Origin: Candidatus Latescibacterota bacterium
GTDB lineage: Bacteria > Latescibacterota > UBA2968 > UBA8231
Length of the DNA: 64,000 bases
Direction: 5' to 3'
Assembly (NCBI GenBank): GCA_965215195.1
Contig: CBDCDC010000002.1
Location: 32,001 to 96,000 of the forward strand
Below, in pieces: positions 31,756-41,634 of this stretch. Each line of letters opens with the position of its first letter. Position 1 is the first letter of the stretch. A program made the translations under genes and the position numbers. A model generated the notes under the pieces. That model saw nothing but the letters and a program-made list of their open reading frames with translations. It made no database searches and had not been told where the DNA came from.

Positions 31756-32394
31756 GTGAAACCAGCCCGATCCCCCATGCACATTGAGGCTCTCTTCACA
31801 CCGGCGCAACAAGCCCTCGTCGCCGACCTGCACAGCCGCGATCAGCAGGAGCGCCAGGCTGGCTCTACGGACCCGTTGCGCCTCAAGGCCGTCAGCCCCC
31901 AAGTGGCCCATTACCTCTGTCTGACCGCCATCCACCAACAGGCCCAGACCTTGGTCGAATTCGGCACTTCGCACGGCTATTCTACTCTGCACCTAGCGGC
32001 TGCGGCTCAGCGCACCGGGGGCCGCGTCTTTAGTTTGGATCGGATGCCGGAAAAAACGGCGGCGGCCCAAGCCAATTTGCGCCAAGCCGGCCTAGACCCC
32101 CTCGTGGAATGCTACACTGGGGAGGGGGATGCCTTTATCGCGGCTCTCCCCGAGCGGGTGGATTTTGTCTTGGTTGACTTTGGCCTGCCCGCATTTGCAC
32201 CCATGTTCGCCATGCTGGAAAGCCGTCTGGTGCGCGGGGCGTTTCTCTTTGTCGATGGCTGGTCCAAAGTCGAACAATGGGACCAGAATATAGAGTGGGT
32301 CGCCTTTAGAAGCCGCTTAGACGAGACGGCCGATTACCTGACCTACATCCTGCCGCTGGAAAAGTCGCACCTGATTGCCGTTAAGCTGTCCTGA
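31756..32394 (+). CDS. Class I SAM-dependent O-methyltransferase
   Basis: VEFGTSHGYSTLHLA. Confidence 0.85.
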   Translation: MKPARSPMHIEALFTPAQQALVADLHSRDQQERQAGSTDPLRLKAVSPQVAHYLCLTAIHQQAQTLVEFGTSHGYSTLHLAAAAQRTGGRVFSLDRMPEKTAAAQANLRQAGLDPLVECYTGEGDAFIAALPERVDFVLVDFGLPAFAPMFAMLESRLVRGAFLFVDGWSKVEQWDQNIEWVAFRSRLDETADYLTYILPLEKSHLIAVKLS

Positions 32395-32418
32395 GCGGCG
32401 GGAACACTCCGCGCCGCT

Positions 32419-32553
32419 GTCTGGGTGCTCGCGCTCGAAAGCGAGGCGTATGTCGAGCACGGAGTGTTTGCCCGCGGCGATACAGCCACGTCGCGGCTGC
32501 TTGATGGCCTTAGCGTGGATGTAGGTGCGGTGTTCGACGCCCCGGAGCGTTAG
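32419..32553 (+). pseudogene. Uma2 (DUF820) endonuclease C-terminal remnant
   Basis: Manual translation VWVLALESEAYVEHGVFARGDTATSRLLDGLSVDVGAVFDAPER*. Confidence 0.55.
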
Positions 32554-32588
32554 GGGTCAGGCCGCAGTGCTTGCGACCCGCCTTGGCG

Positions 32589-34385
32589 CTAAAAAGGGTT
32601 TAAGCGGCTCCAGAAGCTCCGCTTCTCCGAGCCGCCGCTCTGCTGCGCCGAGCTGCCGCGATTGGCCAAGTAGCGGTCGAGGTTCTCATTCCCGGTGGGT
32701 TGGATCACTTCTATGGTGCCGTAGATGCCGCCCATGTTCATCCCGTCGTACACCCACACGGCGACCGCGTTCTGGCCCTTGTAGGTGACCGCCTCGCTGA
32801 TATCGAGGATGAAAGGGGTATTCCAACCGTAGTGTTCCCCCACCAAGGTGCCGTTGACGTACACCGAGGCGTTGTTATCCACGCCGCCGAAGGCCAGATG
32901 TACAGGGCGGCCCTCGTCCGCATCCACCTCAATCTGGGTTCGGTACCAAGCGGCCTCGTCGTAGCCGACGTAGCCCTGATCCTCCCAAGCCCGCCCGATG
33001 TCGATATCAAACCAATTTGAATCGTCGAAATCTGGGGCGGCGTAGGCGCGGTGCCGCTGCGGATGCTCGCTCTCATCGAGGCGGAACTTCCACTGCACGG
33101 GCACCGCGGCCACCTTTTTATAGGCGTAGGGAATGTGCGGCGGCCGGTGAGCATAGTGTCTATAACGCTCGCCGCTGGTGAAGTGGGCCTTGAAAACCGG
33201 CCAGCCACTCCCTTCCAAGATCGCCAAGCGCCCGCCTCGGTTGGCGGCAAAGTTGTCTGTCGCCACCTCGTCCGTGGGTTGATGCACATTGATCAGGCCG
33301 TACACGCCGCCCATTAACATCCCGTCGTACACGTACAGCGCCACCGTATTCTCGCCGTCGCGCACCACTTGGTCGCTGATATCGAGGATGAAAGGCCGGT
33401 CCCACGCGTAGTGTCCGCCGACCCATTGGCCGTTGACGTACACATAGGCATCCTTATCCACCCCGCCGAAAGCCATGAGCACCGGCCGGTCCGCCTTCGC
33501 GTTCACCTCAATCCGGGTCCGATACCAAGCCCCCTTGTCGTAGCCGCCATAGCCCTGATCCTCCCAAGCCCGCCCAATGTCGATAGTATCCCAGTCCGCA
33601 TCGTCGAAGTCTGGGGCGGCGTAGGCGTGGTGCCGCTGCGGATGCTCGCTCTCATCGAGGCGGAATTTCCACTGCATGGGCACCGCGGCCACCTCTTCAT
33701 AGGCGTAGGGGATCACCGGAGGCGTGTAGGCGTAGTGGTAGTATTGCTGCTCCAATCCGCGCTCTAAGAAGTGCTGCTGTGCGACCTGCGCTAGCCGTTG
33801 TGCGGTCTGCCGCTCGGCCTGCTTCATCCGTCGTTGGGCGGCCTCTAACTGTCGGCGCATCTGCTCGTGGCTAAGTGCCGAGTCGAGCCTATTCATCGCA
33901 TCCTGCATTTTGCGCACCCACTCTTCCCTCAACGAGTCGGCACCGACGATCAACGAGGGCCACTGCTTGGACTGTTGTAGGAGGGATTGGATCTCGAATG
34001 CAGAGGCAGTGAGGTGAGATGGCCTCTCTAGCGTGGCCTCGCGCCGGTGGGTCGATGCCAAGCGTTGTGCTGCTTCCGCCCGCACCTGTGGCTGCCCGGG
34101 ATGCTCGTCGATCACCTCTTCGTAGGTCTGGCGCGCCTGTGCTAGCCCTATCTTCTCTTGGCACACCCCGATGCGTAGCTGGGCCCGGGCCGCCATCTTC
34201 TCGTCCCCCTTGCCCTTCTCGTGCGCCGCAATCACTTGCTTATAGAGGCGAATGGCCTCCTCCAAGTTGCCCTCGCCTTTCTCCTGCATGAGGGCCGCCT
34301 GATACGTTTCCTCCACGCTGCTGGCCAGCAGGCTGCTGGCACTCAGCAATGCGCAACTGAGAAAAATCGCAATAACGCGCTCCAT
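32589..34385 (-). CDS. Secreted protein: TPR-like N-terminus, coiled coil, two tandem GH2-type sugar-binding domains
   Basis: Signal peptide; duplicated WKFRLD..DFDD..W..WEDQGY..AWYRT..FGGVD..VYVNG..GGxYG. Confidence 0.8.
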   Translation of the reverse strand: MERVIAIFLSCALLSASSLLASSVEETYQAALMQEKGEGNLEEAIRLYKQVIAAHEKGKGDEKMAARAQLRIGVCQEKIGLAQARQTYEEVIDEHPGQPQVRAEAAQRLASTHRREATLERPSHLTASAFEIQSLLQQSKQWPSLIVGADSLREEWVRKMQDAMNRLDSALSHEQMRRQLEAAQRRMKQAERQTAQRLAQVAQQHFLERGLEQQYYHYAYTPPVIPYAYEEVAAVPMQWKFRLDESEHPQRHHAYAAPDFDDADWDTIDIGRAWEDQGYGGYDKGAWYRTRIEVNAKADRPVLMAFGGVDKDAYVYVNGQWVGGHYAWDRPFILDISDQVVRDGENTVALYVYDGMLMGGVYGLINVHQPTDEVATDNFAANRGGRLAILEGSGWPVFKAHFTSGERYRHYAHRPPHIPYAYKKVAAVPVQWKFRLDESEHPQRHRAYAAPDFDDSNWFDIDIGRAWEDQGYVGYDEAAWYRTQIEVDADEGRPVHLAFGGVDNNASVYVNGTLVGEHYGWNTPFILDISEAVTYKGQNAVAVWVYDGMNMGGIYGTIEVIQPTGNENLDRYLANRGSSAQQSGGSEKRSFWSRLNPF

Positions 34386-34462
34386 GATGGACCTCCTCGT
34401 TTAGGTGGGTGAATGCGCGGTTGTGCGCTCGCCTTGGAACCTAAACATCGGCGCTGTCCGAG

Positions 34463-34482
34463 TTGTCATGGTTTTGTCATGG
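34463..34482. promoter_or_regulatory. Candidate OmpR/PhoB-type direct-repeat binding site
   Basis: TTGTCATGG repeated with an 11-bp period, ~80 bp upstream of the 34385 start. Confidence 0.5.
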
Positions 34483-34567
34483 ATGTGCAAAAAGGTTGTA
34501 CTTGCGGACTCGCCCCGTCGGCGTTGGCAATCTCTTTAACCGTTGTTACGCAGCCTTTGTCCCTAAC

Positions 34568-34719
34568 CTTACTACACGACACCAGCCCTCAGCCTGCCAA
34601 GGATCGAGGGCATCTTGCCCTCGGCGAGGGCGGGACGCCCTCGATCCCGCACCCATCGGTAACAGCAGAAAAGGCGTACTCAAAGTAAGGGGCGCCTACT
34701 TTAGGGGTCGGGTACTAAG
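34568..34719. mobile_element. 152-bp MITE, second copy
   Basis: CTTACTACACGACACC...GGGGTCGGGTACTAAG flanked by GTCCCTA repeats; highly similar to 18409-18560. Confidence 0.8.
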
Positions 34720-34727
34720 GTCCCTAC

Positions 34728-35381
34728 ATTGAGCAGTACGGCCTGCCCATCTACTCCAACGTCATCTATCTGCGTCCCGACGCCGGCCGCACCGATCCGG
34801 GGTATTATCTCCAAGAGCGGCACGGCTACCGCGTGCTGGTGCAGTACAAGGTGATTCGGCTGATTGACATAGCCGGCCAAGGCATTCTCGCCGAGGAGCA
34901 TCCGGGCTTGATCCCTTTCGCGCCGTTGATGCAGCGACCGGCCGATGTGGATGCGGAAGCATGGTTGCGCCAGTGTATAAGCCGGGCGCAAGCGATGCCC
35001 ATGGACGAGACCCTCAAGGCCAATTACCTAGCCGATCTTGCGATTTTGAGCGGATTGGTGTATAACTCAGAGACCATTATGACCATCATCTCGGAGGAGA
35101 CCATGTACGAATCGTCAGTAGTGCAGTATTTCACGGAAAAGGCCCTTGAGCAAGGCATTAAGCGAGGCATTGAGCAAGGCATTGAGCAAGGAGGCCGAGA
35201 ACGCGCCATTGAAGCCCTGCTTGATGTGCTAGAGATTCGCTTTGCGCTGGCCGCGTCGGATCCGTTGGCTGACCGCGTTGGGGCCATTGACGATGTGCAG
35301 CGTCTCAAGCAGTTGCATCGGGCGGCTATACACGTGCCCAGCCTCGAAGCCTTTAAGAACCTGTTAGATGCCGCCGAGTAG
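34728..35381 (+). pseudogene. 5'-truncated Rpn/PD-(D/E)xK-like protein with EQG repeats
   Basis: EQYGLPIYSNVIYLRP..., MYESSVVQ..EQGIKRGIEQGIEQG..LEIRF; no N-terminus present. Confidence 0.7.
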
Positions 35382-35429
35382 GGCACTGCGTAACGTCAGT
35401 CTTTAATATGATTTGGTCGGCATCTCGAT

Positions 35430-35588
35430 ATACTGATTTGTCTTGGATGGCAAAAAAGCACCGTTCGATCTCCTTGAGCACAGCCGCATCGCAATATACC
35501 ATGCCACAGTGAAGGCAGGCTTCGACCGGGGCGTTGGGCACGGGTGGCTGTAAAGGTAGTCGATGCGCCGATCTTGGCCTTTCTTCAT
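35430..35588 (-). pseudogene. YgiT-type zinc finger (MqsA-like) remnant
   Basis: VPNAPVEACLHCGMVYCDAAVLKEIE, frameshifted relative to ATG 35588. Confidence 0.5.
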
Positions 35589-36046
35589 GGTCTCGCGCTC
35601 CCCAGCTCATAAAAACCTCCTGGGATACTGACGTTTTGAAATGTCAGAGGGATAAGGATTCAATGGACGACGGGCGGGCAACGCACCCGGCGTTGCCCGT
35701 CCCTGAGTCGGGTGAAAAAGATTGCCGGTGTGAAGAATGGGGCCTACTCTTTTTTGTAGGTTGAGCACCCAACCTTCAGATCCCAGAGCGTTCCACCGAC
35801 TCCGGGCCAGGACCCCGCAACCTTGTTGCCGCGGGTCCTGCTGGCGTTCGCGTTCTGGTAGGTATCCGCACGCCTGACGGTGCTGCGGCCGGATACCGAG
35901 GAGGCGCTTGGAAACGGCGACGGTTTCCAAACCCAGCAGCCAGTACGGTGGTAATGCGTCTCGTATACTCCTCGCGCTCGCTACATACCGAGTCGCGGCG
36001 GAAGAGCGGGAGAGGGTAAAGCCGACTTCTTTAGAGGTCGGTGGCA

Positions 36047-36727
36047 TTACTCCACAAAGCGGTATCCCACTCCATGCACCGTGAGGATGTGGCGCGGCTG
36101 AGCCGGGTCGGCCTCCAAGCGGTTGCGCAACTCGGCGATGTGGTTATCTACCGTGCGCGTGGTGGGGTACACTTCGTAGCCCCACACCTGTTCGAGGATC
36201 TGCGCTCGGGTCAGGGCGCGGCCCTCGTTTTCCCACAGGAGGCGCAGCACGCCAAATGCCTTGGGGGACAGATGCACGGCCCGGCCATCCACGGTCGCCT
36301 CGTAGCGGTCGAAGTCGATCTGCGCCGGCCCGAATTCCAGCAGCGCACCCGCGGCGGGTGCGAGCTCACCGCGCCGCAACACCGCTTTGATCCGCGCCAT
36401 GAGCTCGCGGACGCCCACTGGTTTGGTGACGTAGTCGTCGGCACCCAACTCTAGGCCCAAGACTTTGTCGACCTCTTCGCCGCGCGCCGTGAGCATGATG
36501 ATGGGCGTGGTCGCCCCCTGAGCGCGCAGACGACGGCACACTTCGTACCCGTCCATCGTGGGCAGCACCACGTCGAGCAGAATCAGGTCCGGCCGCCAAG
36601 CCAAGGCCCGCGCCAGCCCCTCGGCCCCATCGGCGGCCGCCTCGGCGGCATAGCCTTCAAAGATCAAATTATCGACCAGCACCCGGGCGATGGCCGCCTC
36701 GTCCTCTACGACTAAAATTCTAGGCAT
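36047..36727 (-). CDS. OmpR-family response regulator
   Basis: ILVVEDE, LLDVVLP, GADDYVTKP, RTVDNHI, TVHGVGY. Confidence 0.95.
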   Translation of the reverse strand: MPRILVVEDEAAIARVLVDNLIFEGYAAEAAADGAEGLARALAWRPDLILLDVVLPTMDGYEVCRRLRAQGATTPIIMLTARGEEVDKVLGLELGADDYVTKPVGVRELMARIKAVLRRGELAPAAGALLEFGPAQIDFDRYEATVDGRAVHLSPKAFGVLRLLWENEGRALTRAQILEQVWGYEVYPTTRTVDNHIAELRNRLEADPAQPRHILTVHGVGYRFVE

Positions 36728-38684
36728 GGGCCTTCTCCTCGCTAAGTGCCGGGAAGTACAGACGGAATACACTGCCGCCACCCGGCCGGTTGGCCGCTTC
36801 CACCCGGCCCCCATGCGCCTCGACCACGCTTTTGACTAGGGACAATCCCAATCCGGTGCCGGCAGTGCTGACCGCGTTGGCCCCCCGGTGGAATTGCTCA
36901 AAGATGCGCTCCTCCTCGCCTGCGGGTAGGCCGATGCCGCGGTCGGCCACCTCGACCACCACCTCGGCCCCGCGCTGTTCTACGGCTAGGCGGATGGCCT
37001 TGCGCTCGGACGAGTACTTGACGGCGTTGCCCAAGATATTGGCCACCGCGCCCTCCACCGCCTCTTGGTCGGCCAGTACCAGAGGCAACTCCTCGGCAAT
37101 GGCTTCCTCCACCGCAAAGCCCTCCGCGGCCAATACCCCGCCAAAGGTTTCCAGCCCAGCCCGAGCCGCGGCCCCTAGGTCGCAGGGTTGGCGCTGGTAG
37201 GTTCGGTCGCCGCGCTCAATGCGGGCGAAATCGAGCACATTATCCACCAAGTGCGACAGCCGCCGGCTCTCGTGCAGGAGGGTGGTCAGGTAGTCCTGCA
37301 TCTGCTCGGCCGATCGGTAGCGGCCCATGAGCAGGGTCTCGGCGTACATGCGAATGGACGTGAGCGGAGTGCGCAACTCGTGCGATACATTGGCGACAAA
37401 TTCGGACCGCAGGCGGGCCACCTGCACCTCGCGCCCGGCGTCGCGCAGGATCATAAGCCCACCGAGGACCACGGATACGGCCAAGGCGAAAATGCCGCCT
37501 CCCACCAGATAGTTGCGCGTGCGGTAGTACCCGGTAGCTGCGGAGGCATCGGCCGCCCAAACCCCCAGCCGCACTCGGTCCATCCAGCGGCTGGCCGACG
37601 CGGTCTCGTAGATGGTCTCCCGATGCCCAGCCACAAAGGCGGCCTCTGCGTCGGCGTCGAACAGGGCCAAGGCAAAACCCCGCTCGGCCAGCCCATCCAC
37701 CTGCTCCTGCACTAGGGCCGTCAGCGCGGCCCAGTCGAATAGAATGCCCGCTGCGCCGCCGCCTTCAGCCGCGCCTAGGTACACGAGGAAACTCGTCCCG
37801 TCGTCGCCCACTCCCGATATATAACCTTGCGCCCGGGCCGCCGCCCATTGGTCCTCCACCACAGGGCCGAAGCGCCGCGCGAAATTGAGGGACTCCTCGA
37901 TCAGGGCCAACCTCTCCAGCAGAACGGGCCGGTCCTCCATGTCCGCCAGCCGACCTTGGGCCAACGCGCGCACCTCTTGCAGGGCCTGCTGGCAGCCCGC
38001 GTAGAGGGGATAGCGGCCGGTCAGCAGTGCCTCGGCCCAAGCCATTAGGCTGGCTTGGGCTTGCTCGGGCGCAGCATAGTGCCCTAGGCGCAAGTGGCTC
38101 AGGGTAACGGGGTGGGTCCCGTCGGCGTCGAAGACCGGGCCGTAGAGGGCCACCAGCCTCTGGTGCGCCTCCGCCACTGTTGCCGCGTCCTTCCCTTTAT
38201 GGGCGCAGCGGGCGAGGGCATTGAGGGCTTCGGCTTCCTCTGCGGGACTGGCCGCCTCCTTATAGGCTTGGTGGTAGAGCTGTACGCCGCCCATCCAGTC
38301 TTGGTGGCCGAACTCGTGCGCTGCGGCCTGCTTCATCTGCGCGGTAAAGGCCGCCCGAGGCTCCCCCAAGCGCAAGGGTTGCACCGAGGGATGGCGCAGT
38401 GCCCCGGTGGGGTCGACGGCGAAAATTTGTGCAATCTCGGAAAAACCCGCGTACTGGCGTGGGTCCATTCCGCCCTCTGCGACGTATGCGGCTAGGAGTT
38501 GGGCACGGCTATTGATCAAGCGGTCGAAGGCGTCCTGCGCTAGCACGGCCTTGGAGCGCAATTCCCGGCGCACACTGTCGCGGACATCGCGCAGCGAGCG
38601 CACGCTCAAAAAAGCCAGCAGGGCGGCTGGCACGAGAATGGACAGGAAGTAGAGGATTACCCAGCGAATTCCTAGGCGCGACAT
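36720..38684 (-). CDS. Sensor histidine kinase with large TPR-like periplasmic domain
   Basis: Two TM segments; SHELRTPL, NAVKY, DRGIG, GTGLGL. Confidence 0.93.
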   Translation of the reverse strand: MSRLGIRWVILYFLSILVPAALLAFLSVRSLRDVRDSVRRELRSKAVLAQDAFDRLINSRAQLLAAYVAEGGMDPRQYAGFSEIAQIFAVDPTGALRHPSVQPLRLGEPRAAFTAQMKQAAAHEFGHQDWMGGVQLYHQAYKEAASPAEEAEALNALARCAHKGKDAATVAEAHQRLVALYGPVFDADGTHPVTLSHLRLGHYAAPEQAQASLMAWAEALLTGRYPLYAGCQQALQEVRALAQGRLADMEDRPVLLERLALIEESLNFARRFGPVVEDQWAAARAQGYISGVGDDGTSFLVYLGAAEGGGAAGILFDWAALTALVQEQVDGLAERGFALALFDADAEAAFVAGHRETIYETASASRWMDRVRLGVWAADASAATGYYRTRNYLVGGGIFALAVSVVLGGLMILRDAGREVQVARLRSEFVANVSHELRTPLTSIRMYAETLLMGRYRSAEQMQDYLTTLLHESRRLSHLVDNVLDFARIERGDRTYQRQPCDLGAAARAGLETFGGVLAAEGFAVEEAIAEELPLVLADQEAVEGAVANILGNAVKYSSERKAIRLAVEQRGAEVVVEVADRGIGLPAGEEERIFEQFHRGANAVSTAGTGLGLSLVKSVVEAHGGRVEAANRPGGGSVFRLYFPALSEEKAHA

Positions 38685-38787
38685 GAGGTTGGGAATTGGG
38701 AATTGAGTTCACCTCGTTGCCGTGGCCTACTAGACAAGTTTGGTCCGGTGGCCTGTGCTTTTCGTCTCGGCATAGCGGCGATTCGTT

Positions 38788-40227
38788 TTAGACGATGCTG
38801 GCTCGCAGCCATGCTCGGTAGGCCAGCATGTAGGTGAGCGTGGCGAAGAAGAAGAGGCCGATGACATCGACGACCGCGTGGCGTAGCAGGGTGGTCGCCG
38901 ACATCTCCTCGGTAAAGACCGGCAGGGTGTCGGGGTCGATTTTCTGCCGCGATAGCCCTTGGGCGATGTGGATGTGCGGGCTTTTGGGATCGTCGCGGTC
39001 GAGGGTGAGCATGGTCTGCTTGAACTGCTGGACGTAGATGCGCACCTGCTCGACAAAGCTTTTGTGGCGCGCCAGTCCGGTGCCGGCGAGGGCCTCCATG
39101 CCGTATTGGAAGCAGCCGGTCGGCGACAAGCGCACGATGTGGCGGGCTTTTTCGACCTCCCCGAGGCTGTAAGCCAAAAATTCGTCTTCGCGGTTTTGGA
39201 GAACCCGAAGAAAGGCGTGGTCGGCCTCGGCCAACTGGCGCAATTTTTCGGGTTTTCTCAGATCGCGCCTCCGCGTATGGTTCCTAAGACTACTAATTTT
39301 CATTTTTTCTGGAGGGTTAAACTCCCACTCCATTACAACGGCCTCCCCGAATTCGCGGACCACCACGCGGGAGGCCAGCGCACCGCCAGCCGATGGCCAG
39401 AGCAACACCCCGCAGGTCCACAGCAACAGCACGCCCACCAAGCTGGAGCGCGTACTGCTGCTCCGTATCGACACCCACAGCCCCAATGCAACAAAGCAGG
39501 CCAGATACAGCAGGGCTAGGCCGACCATGCCGACCAAGCGCCCGGCCTCGACCAGACCCAAGTTTACCTGCGAGAGTGCGAGGACGATGAGTAGATTGAC
39601 GACAATGGCGAGGCTTAGGACGAGGGCGAGAGCCAACATCGCGCCGAGGAACTTGCCCAGCAGCAGGGTGTGGCGCGGCAGGCTCTGCGCCATGACCAGC
39701 TTGAGCGTGCCGCGCTCTTTTTCGCCGATGAAGGCGTCAAAGGTGAACAGCAAGGCCATGAGGCTGAGCAGGCCGCCGATGATAAAGACCCAGTCGATGG
39801 CTCGGGTCTTCATCAGTTGGCTGGCCTTGGGGGCCCAGATGCCTTCGATGTCCCAATAGATGAGTGGAAAGGGATCGTAGAACCAAGTGCCGCTGTACTG
39901 AAATCGCCAGCTCGGCGTCCACAGGCGCTCGGGCAGGGCGTCGTTGGCACCCACGGCGCAGAACATGAGGGGGCTAGGTTTTTTATAGATATAGTCCTGC
40001 CCCCCATGGACGATCAGCTTCCACAAGCCCATTTGGGCGTTGCTACGGCCGATTTCTTGCTCGGCTTGGACCTGTTCGAGATAGAGGTCGCGCCGGAACT
40101 CATACGAGCCGCCGACAAAGCTGAGGGCGTTGAGCACCATCAGCCCTACGATCAGCACGAGGGCCAAGCTGAAGCGCAGGCTGATGAGGTGATCGATCAG
40201 TTCGCGTTTTACAATGGCTGCGAGCAT
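38788..40227 (-). CDS. ABC-2-like permease type B, copy 1
   Basis: IVKRELIDH, GEKERGTLKL, LLGKFLG; large extracytoplasmic loops. Confidence 0.85.
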   Translation of the reverse strand: MLAAIVKRELIDHLISLRFSLALVLIVGLMVLNALSFVGGSYEFRRDLYLEQVQAEQEIGRSNAQMGLWKLIVHGGQDYIYKKPSPLMFCAVGANDALPERLWTPSWRFQYSGTWFYDPFPLIYWDIEGIWAPKASQLMKTRAIDWVFIIGGLLSLMALLFTFDAFIGEKERGTLKLVMAQSLPRHTLLLGKFLGAMLALALVLSLAIVVNLLIVLALSQVNLGLVEAGRLVGMVGLALLYLACFVALGLWVSIRSSSTRSSLVGVLLLWTCGVLLWPSAGGALASRVVVREFGEAVVMEWEFNPPEKMKISSLRNHTRRRDLRKPEKLRQLAEADHAFLRVLQNREDEFLAYSLGEVEKARHIVRLSPTGCFQYGMEALAGTGLARHKSFVEQVRIYVQQFKQTMLTLDRDDPKSPHIHIAQGLSRQKIDPDTLPVFTEEMSATTLLRHAVVDVIGLFFFATLTYMLAYRAWLRASIV

Positions 40228-40257
40228 GGGGAAGCCTCCTTCTTTGGAGTCAGCGGA

Positions 40258-40379
40258 TTAGATGAGGTTGAACAGAAAGTTCTGCTCTGGAGGTATAACC
40301 TATAGCTATCGCCTTCCTAGTCTACGCACGCCGACTGGGCGAACCAAGCGGCGATTAGGGCGAAATACAAAGTTTTCAT
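40258..40379 (-). pseudogene. Doubly deleted remnant of the ~280-aa secreted family (paralog of 49920-50735)
   Basis: MKTLYFALIAAWFAQSACVD*EG|DSYRLYLQ|QNFLFNLI matches three pieces of the paralog. Confidence 0.85.
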
Positions 40380-40409
40380 CGGTACACCTCTTCTGGGTTT
40401 GGGTTGGGT

Positions 40410-40448
40410 TGCCCCGGAATAGCGGCGATTAAGCCACTATCCCGGGGC
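40410..40448 (-). repeat. Conserved intergenic hairpin (also ~41366, ~44047, ~50767, ~61142)
   Basis: GCCCCGGGATAGTGGC-TTAATC-GCCGCTATTCCGGGGC on the minus strand. Confidence 0.8.
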
Positions 40449-40515
40449 GGGTTAGGGTTGGAGGAGAGGGCGAGTGGCCTAGACCAGTTTCTTTTTTTGC
40501 TCCGTTGGGATTGGC

Positions 40516-41334
40516 CTAGATGTAACCGAACAGAAAATACGGCGTCCCGATGCAGTAAACGAGCTCTACATGGCGCCACATAGCCTTGTCTGGATCCCAA
40601 GCCATGCGGAAGAAGAACGGGATGTGCGCCATTTCGAGGGCGGCGAACTCCTCGGGCTCTTCGACGATGAACATGACCTCGACAAAGGTCTGCGGTTTGC
40701 CCGCTTGGAGGTGCTCTTGGACCTCGCTCTTCATTTTGGAAAATCTGCCCGATACTTCCGTGGGTGGAAGCAGGCCGCGCTCCCTGAGGGACTCGGAATA
40801 AGGGCTGTACTCGGCCTGCCTCTCGGACACCTCAAACGCGCTGTCGAAAAAGGATACCTTTCCGAAGTAGTAATCGTATTCATTCTTGTCGAGGAGTTGC
40901 CGGTGTCCCGCTTTGAGGATGTCAAAAGGCGTCTCGCCTTTTAAGAGGCCCTCGCTTGCAAGCCGGTTTTTCAACTCCTCTATCGCTTCGGGGTTATTGA
41001 CGCCCTCGCGGAGGTAAAACGCGGCGGCGAGGCTGTCGCTACTCGAAACCGAAAAGGCGACTAAGAGATCGTAGAGGTAGGTGCGCAGATCGGCTTCTTG
41101 CTCGGGAGTGATGGGAGTGTCCCCCTCGACGGGGATGGCCGCGATGGCCTGCTGCAGCTCGTCCCCGGCCTCGACGTTTATCATCTCCAAGCTGTTGACA
41201 TAGTCGTGAAAGGCTTGGAGAGAGACTTGCCAGTTCTCGTCCCAGGAGTAGCCGCCGTACTGGGCTTTTGGCTCGGCAGCGGCACTGGAGGCGGCGAACC
41301 AAGCGGCGATTAGGGCGAAATACAAAGTTTTCAT
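40516..41334 (-). CDS. Unrecognised secreted ~280-aa family, paralog H1
   Basis: Signal peptide; QYGG, DSLAAAFYLREGVNNP, MFIVEEPEE, WDP..MWR.VE. Confidence 0.85.
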   Translation of the reverse strand: MKTLYFALIAAWFAASSAAAEPKAQYGGYSWDENWQVSLQAFHDYVNSLEMINVEAGDELQQAIAAIPVEGDTPITPEQEADLRTYLYDLLVAFSVSSSDSLAAAFYLREGVNNPEAIEELKNRLASEGLLKGETPFDILKAGHRQLLDKNEYDYYFGKVSFFDSAFEVSERQAEYSPYSESLRERGLLPPTEVSGRFSKMKSEVQEHLQAGKPQTFVEVMFIVEEPEEFAALEMAHIPFFFRMAWDPDKAMWRHVELVYCIGTPYFLFGYI

Positions 41335-41454
41335 CTAGATACCTCTTCTGGGTTTGGGTTGGGTTGCCCCGGAATAGCGGCGATTAAGCCACTATCCCGG
41401 GGCGAGTTAGGGTGGAGGGGCGAGTGGCCTAGAGTAGCCGCTCCGGAAGGGTGG

Positions 41455-41634
41455 TTAGGAGCTGCATACCGGATTCCCGTATGCGTCGCAATAGCACTTG
41501 ACCGCACTACCGATTACGATGCACCAACCGTTATCGCAGTCGGCCCCGCACATATCAGCCTCGGCCTTCTGCGGCAGGAAGCTGACGATCAAGCCCGTGA
41601 GGCTAATGGCCAGCCGGATGATGCGCTTTTTCAT
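41455..41634 (-). CDS. Small secreted 6-Cys peptide P1 (59 aa; below the ORF-track cutoff)
   Basis: MKKRIIRLAISLTGLIVSFLPQKAEA-DMCGADCDNGWCIVIGSAVKCYCDAYGNPVCSS; AAAGGAG RBS. Confidence 0.85.
   Translation of the reverse strand: MKKRIIRLAISLTGLIVSFLPQKAEADMCGADCDNGWCIVIGSAVKCYCDAYGNPVCSS

Noticed and set aside
32395-32480. Possible structured ncRNA (nested inverted repeats)
   Set aside because: The region is better explained as a Uma2 coding remnant, and pairing is unremarkable at this GC content.
35607-36047. 146-aa ORF downstream of the response regulator
   Set aside because: No recognisable motifs or RBS; I cannot support it as a gene.
36047-38684. Adjacent two-component system as activator of the sigma54 promoters
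   Set aside because: The regulator is OmpR-type with no AAA+/GAFTGA domain, so it cannot activate sigma54 directly.
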